From: Camelus dromedarius
Taxonomy: Eukaryota
Assembly (NCBI RefSeq): GCF_036321535.1
Contig: NC_087437.1
Coordinates: forward strand, 116,934,001-116,998,000
Reading direction: 5' to 3'
Length of the DNA stretch: 64,000 nt
This document shows, in pieces, positions 11,775-24,025 of this stretch (position 1 is its first letter; each line of letters opens with the position of its first letter). A program made the position numbers and the translations under genes. The notes under the pieces are model-generated. The model did no database searches. It saw nothing but the letters and a program-made list of their open reading frames with translations, and was not told the DNA's origin.

Positions 11775-13170
11775 GATGGGTGGATGGATAAATGGATACA
11801 TGGATGGATGTTCTGATGGATGGATGGATGGATGGGTGGGTGGATGGATGGATGGATGGATGGATGAATGGGTGGGTGGATGGATGGATGGGTGGGTGGA
11901 TGGGTGGGTGGGTGGATGGATGGATGAATGGATGGATGGATGGATGGTTGAATGGATGGATGAATGGATGAATGGGTGGGTGGATGGATGGATGAATGGA
12001 TGGATGGATGGATGGGTGGGTGGATGGGTGGGTGGGTGGATGGATGGATGGGTGAATGGATGGATGGATGGATGGGTGGGTGGATGGGTGGGTGGGTGGA
12101 TGGATGGATGGATGGATGAATGGATGGATGGATGGATGGTTGAATGGATGGATGAATGGATGAATGGGTGGGTGGATGGATGGATGAATGGATGGATGGA
12201 TGGATGGGTGGGTGGATGGGTGGGTGGGTGGATGGATGGATGGGTGAATGGGTGGGTGGATGGGTGGGTGGGTGGATGGATGGATGGATGGGTGGGTGGA
12301 TGGGTGGGTGGGTGGGTGGATGGATGGATGGATGGATGGATGGGTGGGTGGATGGATGGATGGTTGAATGGATGGATGGATGAATGGATGGATGGATGGA
12401 TGGGTGGGTGGATGGGTGGGTGGGTGGGTGGATGGATGGGTGAATGGGTGGGTGGATGGGTGGGTGGGTGGATGGATGGATGGATGGATGGGTGGGTGGA
12501 TGGGTGGGTGGGTGGATGGATGGATGGGTGGGTGGATGGGTGGGTGGGTGGATGGATGGATGGATGGATGAATGGGTGGGTGGATGGATGGATGGGTGGG
12601 TGGATGGGTGGGTGGGTGGATGGATGGATGGATGGATGAATGGGTGGGTGGATGGATGGGTGGATGGATGGGTGGGTGGATGGGTGGGTGGGTGGATGGA
12701 TGGATGGATGGATGGATGGATGGTTGAATGGATGGATGGATGGATGGGTGAATGGGTGGGTGGATGGATGGGTGGATGGATGGATGGATGGGTGGGTGGA
12801 TGGGTGGGTGAGTGGATGGATGGGTGGGTGGATGGGTGGGTGGATGGGTGGGTGGGTGGATGGATGGATGGATGGATGGGTGGGTGGATGGGTGGGTGGG
12901 TGGATGGATGGATGGGTGGGTGGATGGATGGGTGGGTGGATGGGTGGGTGGGTGGATGGATGGATGGATGGATGGGTGGGTGGATGGGTGGGTGGATGGG
13001 TGGATGGATGGATGGATGGGTGGGTGGATGGATGGATGGGTGGGTGGATGGATGGATGGGTGGGTGGATGGATGGATGGGTGGGTGGATGGGTGGGTGGG
13101 TGGATGGGTGGATGGATGGATGGGTGGGTGGATGGGTGGGTGGGTGGATGGATGGATGGATGGATGGATT
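11775..13170 (+). repeat. Long compound tetranucleotide array (TGGA)n/(TGGG)n/(TGAA)n
   Basis: About 1.4 kb of tgga/tggg/tgaa units read directly. Confidence 0.99.
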
Positions 13171-16100
13171 GAAGGCTTTAATCTTGGTCTTCTTTTGACT
13201 CAGAATTCTCGAACAAAACATCATGTCTCCAGCCAGGATGTGGGTCACCTATTTCTGACATGACAGCTGAACCTCCTAGGTATTTCTTTCTGGGCACAGT
13301 CTTCACATACTCTTTTTTGAAGGTGAACTCTCTTTTAGTTCCTTGAAAACTCTGGAGGATCCCAACACACAATCCATGTGTCCCTCCTGCTGACATGTAT
13401 TAAACACCTGTTGTTTGTGCTTGTTTGCACCAAGTACAAAGAGGTGAAGGTGAGGCTAAAACCTCGCTGGCCTCTGGATGGCTCGGCATCGCCCGGACGT
13501 CCACCAGGGACAGCCAGGCTGGCTCAGAGAACTGAGCTGCGGTTTCCACACAGAGGGTCACAGAACTGACCTTTGGACTGTGCCCGAGGAACAAGGATGG
13601 CACAGCTGGGCGTGGAGGGTAGGAGAGCATTCCAGACGAGGAAAAGCTAGCTGCAGAGACCAGGAGCATCCAGAACACACATCCAGGCACCCAGTTAGGC
13701 AGAGCACCAGAAACGTGGGGGTTGGGGGTCACACAGGGGAGGCCATTAAATTGGGGAGACCATGGGGGCTGCACAGGACAGGCAGTGGGAGCCCGGAAGC
13801 CCTGGAGCATGCGTACCTACCACGGGGCTGCTCCCACCCTCCCCGCAGAGGTCCTGGACCATGAAAGGGATTCTTAAAAGTCCGGTCAAGACTTGGGCCC
13901 TGAAGTGACCACGCCCCAAAACACAAAGAAACCCCACTGTCGTGGGTCAGTTGGGCCAGTCTTTGGAGCAGTGAGAAGAGAGAGGACCCACCTCCCCAAC
14001 CTGCCGCCATCACGGTAAACATCAAGGCGGCTGGCGTGTGTCCCGATTTCAGGGTCTCTCTGCCCCTCCCTCCCACCCGGTGGCCTTCCTGCCTTGTTAT
14101 GCCCAGGCCTGTCCCGACTCCCAGGGCCCCTCTATGTTTTCTCTGCCTGGATCGTTCATCTCAAAAGTTCACCAGATCAGTGCATTTCTCCATCGAGGCC
14201 AGGAATCCTGGTGCCTTGGAAAGTCAAATGTGCTTCTTCAGAAGATAACCTTTGGCAAGAAACAATGTGTTCCTTTTCCTGTGGTTTTAAGATATTAAGG
14301 AAGTGAGAAAAACAGTCGAGCAAGGAAGTGGAAGTAAACTCTGCAGGGACTCCAACAAGACTCATGAGGCTCTAATTTTAAGCAATAAACATGAATATGC
14401 TGTTTTCCTTTCTCGCCAAAGTGACCTGGGCCGGCCTGTGGGCTGGACACCCTCCAGTCCAGTAAGACATGCCATGTCCCACGACGGTGTCCCAGTCCAC
14501 CCAGGACCCATGTCACAGAGTCACGAAACACTCATTCCGAAAGCAAAAGTACCCTCTTATTCTGCCAGCCCGTCAACTTCCAAGTAAGAAAGTGTCAAAC
14601 ATGCAAAAATTGTTGGCGTGATTTCTCGAACAGTCCACTGCAGGCCATTGTCAGCATTTCAAAGTGCTGACGAAAGAGTCTTCTTCATTTAAAGACAAAA
14701 CAAAAGCCAAGCCTGCCTTCCCCCATCGTTGTGCCCTCCTTGGCAGGGCCCCCGTCCTGTTAATAAGGTTTCCTGCAATTACACGGTCCCATTTGCATCT
14801 GGTTTCCATCAGAAGCAGAAGTGTCAGCTCTCTCGCACCGGGGCCAGCTGGTCATTACGCCTGGGAGCAGAGCTGTCAGTGACACCCGGCAGTCTCTCCC
14901 CGTAATTACAGTGTCCGTGCTAACAGCTCAGGGAACGGCCCCCGCATGACTGGGGTGGAAGTCTAACAGAGAACCGTCTGGAGGTTTTCCCCATTCACCT
15001 AAGCTGGGGCTCAGGAATTAAAGTGTCTCTGACATTACGCTGCCATCAGATTTCCTGCACATCTATTTGCAAAGTGAAAATGATCCTCGGTACCAAACCT
15101 GTCTCCGTCTGAAACCTGCAAGGAAGATCAAAAGAGGCAGAGTGACAGCCTGGGGCTTCAGTTCAACTGCATGGCTGCAGAGAGCTTTGTAGGGAGAGGC
15201 AGAGAGGGGCCAGCACGCAGTAGAGCACGGCCTCTAATTTTCAGATCACAATTTGGCGTGCAGATGCTAGAAAGCGCTGTTCTAGAGCCGTGTGATCACG
15301 TCCCCACATTACTGTTCCCAGGGTAGGTCTCAGAACTCTGGGAACTCCTCCTACATGGGGGGCGCCGGAGTCATGACTGGGGCCAGCACGGTACATGTCA
15401 GCCCCAAATTGGCTTTGGGTTTTCCGGCAGCAAGCCCTGCTTAATTATTCGCAGTGTAAACTGACCCAGCACAACAATAGTGTCAGTGACCCCTAGGAAG
15501 AGGACAGGGTCAAAAGTCACCCCGAGAGGAAATGTGTCCTCAGCACCCGAGGCTCCCGTCGCTGTCTCCAGGAAACTCACATCTAACAGCTCCGTTATTA
15601 GTGCCATGAACCCTGAGCGCGGCCCAAGCTCCGAACTTATCCAGCGACACCAGCAAACACTCGGAGTCATTTACTCCTCGGTTACCCAAGGGCAGCCACA
15701 AAGGACGGAGAGAGAAGGAGCCACGTTGCAGGACCTTGGTGGGCCTTTTACGCCGCATTTACTCTGTCGGTGTGGTTACCATTTTGCCCCCAAAGGCAAT
15801 CACTATGGCAACAGATGGTTTTGCCTTTAGCTGTTCAATAAATAAAAGGGGTTTGTTAAAAAAAGATTTTTTTAATCTCTTTAAATCTCTTTCAAGCTTC
15901 ATCTCAATTATCTCAGAGAAAAGGCTCAGCTGCATTAATAGGGTCTTTTGAAAAAGATTAATTGGCTGTTGTAAAGTCTCCAAGTTAGACTTAAAAATCA
16001 CGAAACACGTCATCCCCGCTGGAGCCAATGTTGGCTTTCTAAAAAGGAGCCTGGCTTCCCCAGAAGGCGCTGAGAATTTTGTTTCACTGTTTCACCTTTA

Positions 16101-16309
16101 TAGAGGGGGGAGCAACAGTCTACTGCCGCCTGTAAAGAACCATTTTCCTTGGCAACCTGGGGAGCGACCCCGCCCGATGAAGGGGTCACCCCCCACCGCG
16201 GGAAGCGTGCCCTAGTGACTTCATCAGGGTGCTCCTGTCCCAGAGGACTGAGGACTATCCCACATGCCTACAGCACCCAGCAAGTGCCAAGCCTTTGCTC
16301 ACTGATGCT

Positions 16310-16727
16310 TTCATTCATTCGTGCACCCAACAATGTTTATTGAGGCGAATTCTGGGCCAGGCACTGTTCCAAGTGCTAAGTGTATTCAATGCAGGAGTGA
16401 ACAAGACAGGGTCCTGCCCTCATAGGGCTGCCATTCTAGTGACAGGGACCAAATAACACATAAATACACACCGCATGTAGTAACACATCGGGGGGTGAAA
16501 AGAAATAACACCATGGAAGTGAACAGAGAACCGTGGGGCCAAGGGATTCCTAGGGAATCAAAGAAAGCCTCTCTTAGGAGGCGATGTTTGAGCAAAGACC
16601 TGACTGAGGTGAGGGGAGGAACCAAGCAAACATCTGGGGAAAACTTCCTAGGGAGAGGGAACAGAAGTCCTGACGTGGGAACAAGCCTGCTGTGTTCAAG
16701 GAACCGCAAATCAAGAAGGCTGGGGTG
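16310..16727 (-). mobile_element. L2 (L2a-like) 3' segment
   Basis: ttcattcattc...tttattgagg...ccaggcactgttc...gtgaacaagacagggtcctgccctcatagggct...tttgagcaaagacctga. Confidence 0.85.
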
Positions 16728-17604
16728 ACTTCACACCTGTTGGAATGGCTGCCATCAAAAAGACAAAAGAGGACAAGGGCTAGTGAGGATGTGGAGAAGA
16801 GGGGAAGTTTGTGACTATCGCTGGGACTATAAATTGGTACAGCCACTGTGGAAAACAGGATGGACGTTTCTCAAAAACTTAAAAATAGAACTACCATATG
16901 ATCTAGCAACTCCACTCCTGGGAATTTATTCAAAGGAAATTAAATCACTATCTCAAAAACATATCTGCATCCAGTGTTCAGTGCAGCAGTATTTACAGTA
17001 GCCAAGACATGGAAACAACCTGAGTGTCCACTGATGGATGAGTGGATAAAATGTGATTTTAGATAGACAGAGAAAAAAAGAGAGATACAGGTATATAATG
17101 GAATATTATTCATCCATAAAAAAGAAGGAACTCTTGCCATTTGTGACATCATGGATGGGCGGTCCTTGAGGGCATTAATGCTAAATGAAATAATTCAGAC
17201 AGAGAGACAAATACTGTATGATCTCACTTATACACAGAATCTAAAAAAAACTCATAGATAGAATAGATTGGTGGTTGCCAGCAGTACAGGGTGGGTGAAA
17301 TGGGGGGGTCAAAAGGCACAAATTTCCAGTTATAAGGTAAATAAGTCCTGGGGGTGTAATGTATAGCGTGGTGACCATAGTTATCAATACTGTCTTGTAT
17401 ATTTGAAAGTTTCTAAGAAAGTAGATCTTAAAAGTTACCATCCCAAGGAAAAGAAACGTGTAACTATGTGAGGTGATGGATGTTAACTAAACTTATTGTG
17501 GGGATCACTTAGCAATATGTACATACAGCAGATTATTACATTGTACACCTTGGACTAATATAATGCTGTATGTCAATTATAGCCCAATAAAACTGGGCAA
17601 TAAA
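16728..17604 (+). mobile_element. L1 3' fragment (L1MA-like): decayed ORF2 C-terminus and 3'UTR
   Basis: Translation [33 protein letters not shown] is L1 ORF2 C-terminus; L1MA-type 3'UTR ending tgtcaattatagcccaataaa. Confidence 0.92.
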
Positions 17605-17709
17605 CAGCTGGCATGGCATAAACAAGGTGGAGGGTGGTAAGAGATGAAGTTGAACAGATCATGTAGTCATTGTGGTAGGGAATTCGGATTTGATTCTTTT
17701 GAGGTTTCC

Positions 17710-19050
17710 TTTTGTCCTTGGCAGCCAGCTGTTTTACTGTGATGCGCTTAGATGCAGCTTTCTTCATATTTATCTTGCTTAGGGCTCACAGTCCTTCTGG
17801 AATATGTGGTTTGATATCTGTTTTAGAATTTCTTCTGTCATTCTCTCTTCCAATATAACTTCCGCCTCATTTTCTCCCTTCTGTCCTTCTGGGGCTTTGG
17901 ATATGTGCATGTCAGACCTTTCTCTGCATCCTAATATCTCTGGCTCTTTCCTGCTTCTTCCCTCTGAGCTTCCTTCTAGATACTTCTCTTGTTCCAGTAC
18001 ACTAATTTTCTCCTCAGCTGCATCTAATCTGGGTATGAACCCTTAGGACCTTAACTTTAATTGTATTTTTCATTTCCAAGATTTTCTTCTGATTCTCCTT
18101 TATAGTTTCCAGTCGTCTACCCAAATCCTCAATTTGTATTTATTTCCATGACTATGTTAAGCATAGTTACTTTTTTGTTTGGTTGGGGGGGTGTTTTTTT
18201 TATTGAAGTCTAGTCAGTTTACAATATGTCAGTTTCTGGTGCACAGCATGATGTTTCAGTCATACATGTACAGACATATATTTGTTTTCATATCCTTTTT
18301 CATTATAGGTTACTATAAGATATTAAATATAGTTCCTTGTGCTGTACAGAAGAAACTTGTTATTTATTTATTTTATATCTAGTAGTTTGTGTCTGCAAAT
18401 CATGAAGTTTAAATCCACTATTTTGGATTCCCTGTCGATATGTTCTCTTTACCTCTTTATTCTCTCTCTTTTTAATATCATTGTTTTGTCTCTTTATGCA
18501 CAGGTAGTTTTGATGGAATGCCAGACACTGTGTATGAAAAACATAGAGATCTTGGGGGGCACTTCCTTGGTCCAGAGGGAGACTGCATCTCCTTACGAGA
18601 GACAGCTGTGAGCACCAGCAGAGCCTGATCTCCTTCGTCCAGTCTGGGACAGAAACAATGCAAAGCTGGGCTTCATTCCTTGAAGTGAATTTCTGCCACC
18701 CCCTTACTTCTAGACTATAGTCCTGTGCAGTTTTCCCAAACCAAATATCCTGGGGGCTGGGGGGTGTCCAGGGCCTCCAGTTCCTTGCAGGCCCTGAACC
18801 CCAATGTTTGTTCTTCTCTCCGCATTGTCTATCAACAGCTCTGTTGGCTTCTTACCCTCTCAGTTTCTTTCTCCTTCTGGAAAAATGACACCTGGGGGAA
18901 AGTGATCACAAATGCTGGCTCACCTTTCTGTATTTTATTCCTCTCCCAGATCTTGGCCTGAAAATTCTTCACTGTTCTGTTAACTCTCAATGCCTTCAAA
19001 TACTTTTCCTATTGTCTTCATCTCTAGCTGTTCTCAGCGGAGCTGGGTTT
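17710..19050 (-). mobile_element. Old L1M 5'/ORF1-region remnant
   Basis: T-rich L1 antisense hallmarks such as tttactgtgatgcgcttagatgcagctttcttcatatttatcttgcttagggctcac and tcattctctcttccaatataact. Confidence 0.65.
18194..18400 (-). mobile_element. Camelid/artiodactyl L1 3'UTR fragment
   Basis: ttattgaagtctagtcagtttacaatatgtcagtttctggtgcacagc is the reverse complement of the L1 3' end seen at 21260-21534. Confidence 0.85.
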
Positions 19051-19319
19051 CGTTCTGTGTGTGTGAGAGATGGCACGTCAAAGTAGCCCCAGTTCTCCAC
19101 TCCTCCCTCCGCATACATAGACGCACACACACATTATTTATAAATGATAAACATGTTCTGTGTAGTGACATATTAGGTACATTCGAAAATGGACAATGTG
19201 CACATTATTAAATAGACAGAAGGAAAGGAAATGAGAAAATATGAATGAAAGATTGAATGGCTTCCTGTCCTCCCGACTCTGGAGACTGTTGGTCTAGGAA
19301 TATTTGAGGAATAGGGTGC

Positions 19320-19555
19320 TAACTATTGTGGGGCAGCTGGGCCGGAGTGGAGGTGGTGAGAGAGGTTGGATTCATCACGTGTTTTGAAGGTAGAGTTGAA
19401 AATCTGCTGATAAATTGGATGCGGAGTAAAAGAAAGGAGGGAGGTCACAAACAAGTCCTGTTTTGGTCCAAGCAGCTGGATGAGTGCAGGTCTGTCGACT
19501 GAGAGGGGAGGACCAGGCTTGGGGGAAGGGGAATGAAGAGTCTACTGTGCACAGT
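19320..19555 (-). mobile_element. L2 internal segment (likely continuation of 16310-16727)
   Basis: gtggaggtggtgagagaggttggattc...ttttgaaggtagag...tgctgataaattggatg...aagcagctggatga. Confidence 0.7.
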
Positions 19556-20029
19556 GGGTTTTAGCTTTTCCCCTAAAGAATCCCTCCATCCGAAGCTGAA
19601 CTCAAGAAAGTTGATATAAATCCCAACTTCTCCAAAATCCCTCCTTGGACTCCTCCCACCACTTCCAAACTCTGCTCTCTACAGCTCGGGACCTCTGGGC
19701 CAACATTTCTCAATCTGGGTTCTTCAAAATAGCAGTTCTACAGCAAGTTCATACCTATTCTGTGCTGAAGGAGGAGGCCGAAGAGGAGGAGGAAGGTTCT
19801 CATGACCAAGTTGGGAAATGCTGCTCCAACTAAACAGCAGGAAAGTGTTGCCGAGGTCATGTTGCTGCAGGACTGCTCAGAGCCTTTGTGATGCTCACGT
19901 GCACCACGACTCTCTAAGAAGGACACACAGAGCCTATGGCGGTTCCCAGACTTACCCTTCTGCATGCCTGCTGACCGCCCACAAAGAAATTTTGCTCTAC
20001 TAAGCAATTTAAGAGAAACTGCTCTCAAC

Positions 20030-20347
20030 TAGGGGGTCAGCAACCACAGGCCTCAAGTCAAACCCAGCCCGCCACTCGTCTCTGCACAGCCAGCAAGCTT
20101 AGGCGTTATCTTTTTAAAGGAATGGGGAAAAACCCAAAGAAACATGATATTTCATGGCAGGCTGAAAGTATATGAAATTCAAACTACAGCGTCCGTAATG
20201 AAGGTTCGCTGAAGCACACGCCCGCTCGCTCACGTGCTGTCTGGGGCGGCTTTCCTGCAACAACAGCAGGACTGGGGAGCTGGGGCCGAGACGGTGTGGC
20301 CCGTGCTCACCATCCGGCCCTTCACAAAGGAAGTTTTCCAGCCTGTG
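20030..20347. mobile_element. MER58B-like hAT-Charlie MITE
   Basis: aggggtcagcaac...tatatgaaattcaaact...cccgctcgctcacgtgctgtctggggcggcttt...ccatccggcccttcacaaaggaagttt. Confidence 0.8.
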
Positions 20348-20389
20348 CTGCAGACCCCCCACATGGTTAAGTATTAAAATATGTGCTCT

Positions 20390-20691
20390 CAGAGGATGTT
20401 TAAGGCAGTGAAACTATTTGGTATGATGCTGTCATGATGGATACGTGTCAAACATTTTTCTAAACCCATAGAACATACAGCACCAAGGGTGAGCCCCATG
20501 TAAACCAGGGGCTCCGCGTGATGATGAGTCAACGTCGGGTCAGCAGTTGTAACAGATGTACCGCTCTGGTGGGGGATGTTGATAACGGGAGAGGCTGTAG
20601 GTGTGTGGGGACGGAGAGTACATGGGAAACCTTTGTACCTTCATTCAGTTTTGTTGTGAACTGGAAACTACCTTAAAAACTGTCTATTTTT
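20390..20691 (+). mobile_element. L1MC1-like 3' end
   Basis: ggcagtgaaactatt...aaacccatagaacatacagcaccaagggtgagccccatgtaaac...ctctggtgggggatgttgataacgggagaggctgt. Confidence 0.85.
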
Positions 20692-21243
20692 GATGAAAAC
20701 TCTAATTGGAAAAGATACATGCACCCCAATGATCATAGCAGCGCTATTTGCAAGAGCCAAGACGTGGAAGCAACCTAAATGCCCATTGACCAATGAATGG
20801 ATGAAGGAGATGTGGTGTGTGTGTGGAATAATACTCAGCCATAAAAAAGAATGAAATAATGTCATTTGCAGCAACATAGTTGGATTTGGAGATTATCATA
20901 ATAATTGAAATAAGTCAGACAAATATCATATGATATCATTTATATGATACAAATGAACTTATTTACAAAACAGAAACTGACACAGACATAGAAAACAAAT
21001 TTATGGTTACCAAAAGGGAAAGAGGGGGAGGGATAAATCAGGAGTTTAGGATTAACAGATGCAAACTACTATATATAAAATAGATAAACAACAAGGCCCT
21101 ACGGTATAGCACAGGGAACTATATTCAATATCTTGTCATAACCTATAAAGGAAAAGAATCTGAAATATATATATATATAAACCAAATCACTTTGCTATAC
21201 ACCTGAAACTATCACAACATTGGAAACCAACTAAACTTCAATT
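20692..21243 (+). mobile_element. Artiodactyl-type L1 3' fragment
   Basis: aaaagatacatgcaccccaatgatcatagcagc (ORF2 end) followed by 3'UTR ...tatagcacagggaactatattcaatatcttg...cttcaatta; TSD-like gtctattttt at 20682-20691 and 21547-21556. Confidence 0.9.
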
Positions 21244-21259
21244 AAAAAGTCTAAAGTCT

Positions 21260-21534
21260 CACAGACATAGAATACAGACTTGTGGTTGCCAGGCGAGAGG
21301 CAGATGAGAAGGGACAGACTGAGAGTTTGAGATTTATAGATACTGACAGGTATATATAGAATAGATAAACAAGTTTATACTGTATAGCACAAGGAAATAT
21401 AGCCAAGATCTTGTAGTAGCTCACAGTGAAAAAGAACATGAAAATGAATATATGTATATTCATGTATGACTGAAAAATTGTGTTGTACACCAGAAATTGA
21501 CACAACATTGTAAACTGACTATAACTCAATAAAA
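21260..21534 (+). mobile_element. Camelid-type L1 3'UTR fragment
   Basis: acagacatagaatacagacttgtggttgcc...gtacaccagaaattgacacaacattgtaaactgactataactcaataaaa; exact 16-bp TSD aaaaagtctaaagtct at 21244-21259 and 21535-21550. Confidence 0.92.
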
Positions 21535-22429
21535 AAAAAGTCTAAAGTCTATTTTTTAAGTGTATTACCACTTGTGTAAAAGGGAGAAGAAATGTGTTTG
21601 TATATTATATATAAGTGTACACGTATATTATTGACTTACATATACATAAAATATACATACATATATTTACATGTATATATAATATGTATAAAATCTATAT
21701 ACATAAAATATCTCCGGAAGAAATGAGTAAGACTGATTGTCAACAGCAAAGAAAAGTGGGTAGGTGGAGGGTTCGTGTTGAGGGAAGAACCTTCTGTGGT
21801 TTATTAATTTTGAGCCGTGTGAATACATTTCCTATTAATTTTTTTAATTAAAATTGTTGAGAAGTACATTTTTTAAAAACACATACTCTCTTGTTCTGCA
21901 TTTCCTCCTCCGTTCTCCTCACCAGTTGGAGAGCGGGAACCACGTCCTGTAATTTTCCGCCTTTGGCAGAACTGGAGCAGCTCTGAGAACAAGCATCTCT
22001 GCAGAGGTTTTCTTGCCAAGTGTCCTGTCCTTGTTAGGAGGTGACATTTCCAAAGGCCATTAGGAGGCACGTGAAGGATGGCAGCTGCGAGAGCATATCT
22101 ATCAAAGAAACAAAGCCACTCTGTTCCTTAGGACCAGCGAGGACGGTCTGCCGCATGGAGGAACTCCCAGCGCTGGGTGTACACTGGCCCCATGTGTGCA
22201 CAGCCTCGATCATTTTTCTTCTAGGAAAGAAACGTAAACCACACGGTGGGATTACGTGATGTGTTAGCTTCAGAGCGTTCAACCCTGTCAAGTGGGGATC
22301 CCAGCAACACCCCCGTCGGCGGTTGTTTTAAAAGTTAAATAAGAGCAATTGGAGAAGATAGTGTAAACTGAGACAGCTCTGTCAATGGTTAAGGCACCTC
22401 AATAATGGCAGCTTAGGGACACCATTACC

Positions 22430-22680
22430 ATCAGGCCCACCCCTTACACGGCTGGGGGTCCTGGAGGCGAATAACAATGGAGACCTGCAAACCACACACT
22501 TAAACATTTACAAGTGAGCAGTCAAGTGGACAAAGTGCCAAGCTGTGCCCTAGCCGTCCACCTTGATAAATATACCTTAGAACAGCCTGGAAAACCCGAG
22601 ATGAATTAAGATGACTCACAGTCCCAGGAGTTCTGGAATCGGGTGGCGTGGGAGGAGCTGGCCCCTCCACTGGCCCACGG
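22430..22680. mobile_element. Ancient DNA transposon relic (hAT-Tip100-like, family uncertain)
   Basis: taaacatttacaag...ccaccttgataaatataccttagaacagcctggaaaacc resembles a recalled ancient mammalian hAT consensus. Confidence 0.35.
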
Positions 22681-23719
22681 CCACCCCCGTCCGCTCTCTC
22701 GCTCTCCCCTCACCCGGTTCTGTCCACCCCCTGAGAAACCTCCCGCACTGTGATGTGCAGCTCATTTGCATGTCCATCACTCATCCCACAAACAGCCAAT
22801 CTGCAGCCGCCCGCTGGGTCTGCCACAGGCTCACCCTGGGGAGGGCAACCCCGGGCAGAAGCAGTCTTGGGACCACCAGGGAGGGAATTCCAGAGCCCCT
22901 GGCACCGGGAGCACGGTCTAGAAGCGGGAGCCAGGCTCGGCCCACAGACTCCTGGCCCCACGAGGAAGCCAAGGTGAGGCCCTTCTCGTCTGGACCTCAG
23001 GGCAGGACTGACTGTGACACTGAAGCCCAGGGGTTCTCACTCATAATCATCATCACGTCAGCAGCTACTTCCCGTGAGGGCTCCGGATGTGCCAGAAACT
23101 CGCCTCCGTGCTCTACACAAATTACTTTACTCAGTAACTCAGCTCTGACTGCCAAGTGGCTTATTTGCATCTCAGCAGGACTGTCCCTTGAAAGTCTGTT
23201 CCTATTGAGAAGGAGGATTTTCTACGTTCAAAGCGGAGAGCGGTCAGATCTTCGAGATGCTTCCTGGGGAAGGGAGGATCCCCCTTCCCTTATGGTGACC
23301 AAGCTACTGTTAAGAGAAGAACATGAAATTGAAAATGTCAGAAACCCAGCTCCTGTGTCATGTGACCCAGGGAGTCAGAGACAGGAGAAGAGAGAGCAGG
23401 AGGAAGTGCAAACGGACCCCTGTGGCCCACACCTCTGTGGTTGGGTCCAGAGCCTTGAAGAACCCAGAAAGATACCTGGGAGGCCCAGAAAACCCCAGGC
23501 ACAGAGGAGGGATGGCTGCAAACCTCAAGGAGAACTCCAATCCTCAGCTCAGGAAAGGAGACAAAAGAAGAAGGGGCCACAGAGATGGGAACCTAGATGA
23601 GACTGAGGGAAGAGCCCCCTGCCCAGTACAGCGTGCAGGGGACCAAGCACCCCAGTGAGGGGGTGTGGCCTGACTGAGCATGTGAGTGAGCTGGAAGAAA
23701 CCTGGGGAACAGCAGAGGT

Positions 23720-24025
23720 ATCTAGAAAACTTTTTCCTCTTTGATAAAGAAAGTCATGTGAGGGGAAATGGGGCTGCTTCTAAATGGTCTGTGTGTTGAG
23801 GTGATGGCTGGAGCAGCAGCAGCAGCAGCAGCCATCTTTTGACCAGAAGAGAACAAGGTGAAGGAGGACACAACTCAAAGAGGGAAGGGGTCCTCGTCCT
23901 GAATGTCATCGTTGAGCCACTGAATCCAGAAGTGCTGCCTCTGGGCTTTACTACGTGGTTTTTTGGTATTCAAGCCTTTTTCACTAGGATTCTCCTTAGC
24001 CGGCAGCCCGAAACTTCCTAATGAC
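23720..24025 (+). mobile_element. ERVL LTR (LTR16/LTR33-like) with internal (GCA)n
   Basis: gtgatggctggagcagcagc...agccatcttttgacca...ggtcct...tgtcatcgttgagccactgaatcca...gcagcccgaaacttcctaatgaca. Confidence 0.65.

Noticed and set aside
11775..13170. CRISPR-like or telomeric array
   Set aside because: No unique spacers and the unit is not TTAGGG; it is a simple tetranucleotide repeat in a mammalian context
11683..13263. Long ORFs (318, 509, 242 and 207 aa) rich in W/M/D/G or H/P/S/I
   Set aside because: They are translations of the TGGA/TGGG array, which lacks stops in several frames; not protein-like
22611..23600. 329-aa ORF
   Set aside because: No recognisable domain, overlaps repeat remnants, composition typical of GC-rich non-coding DNA
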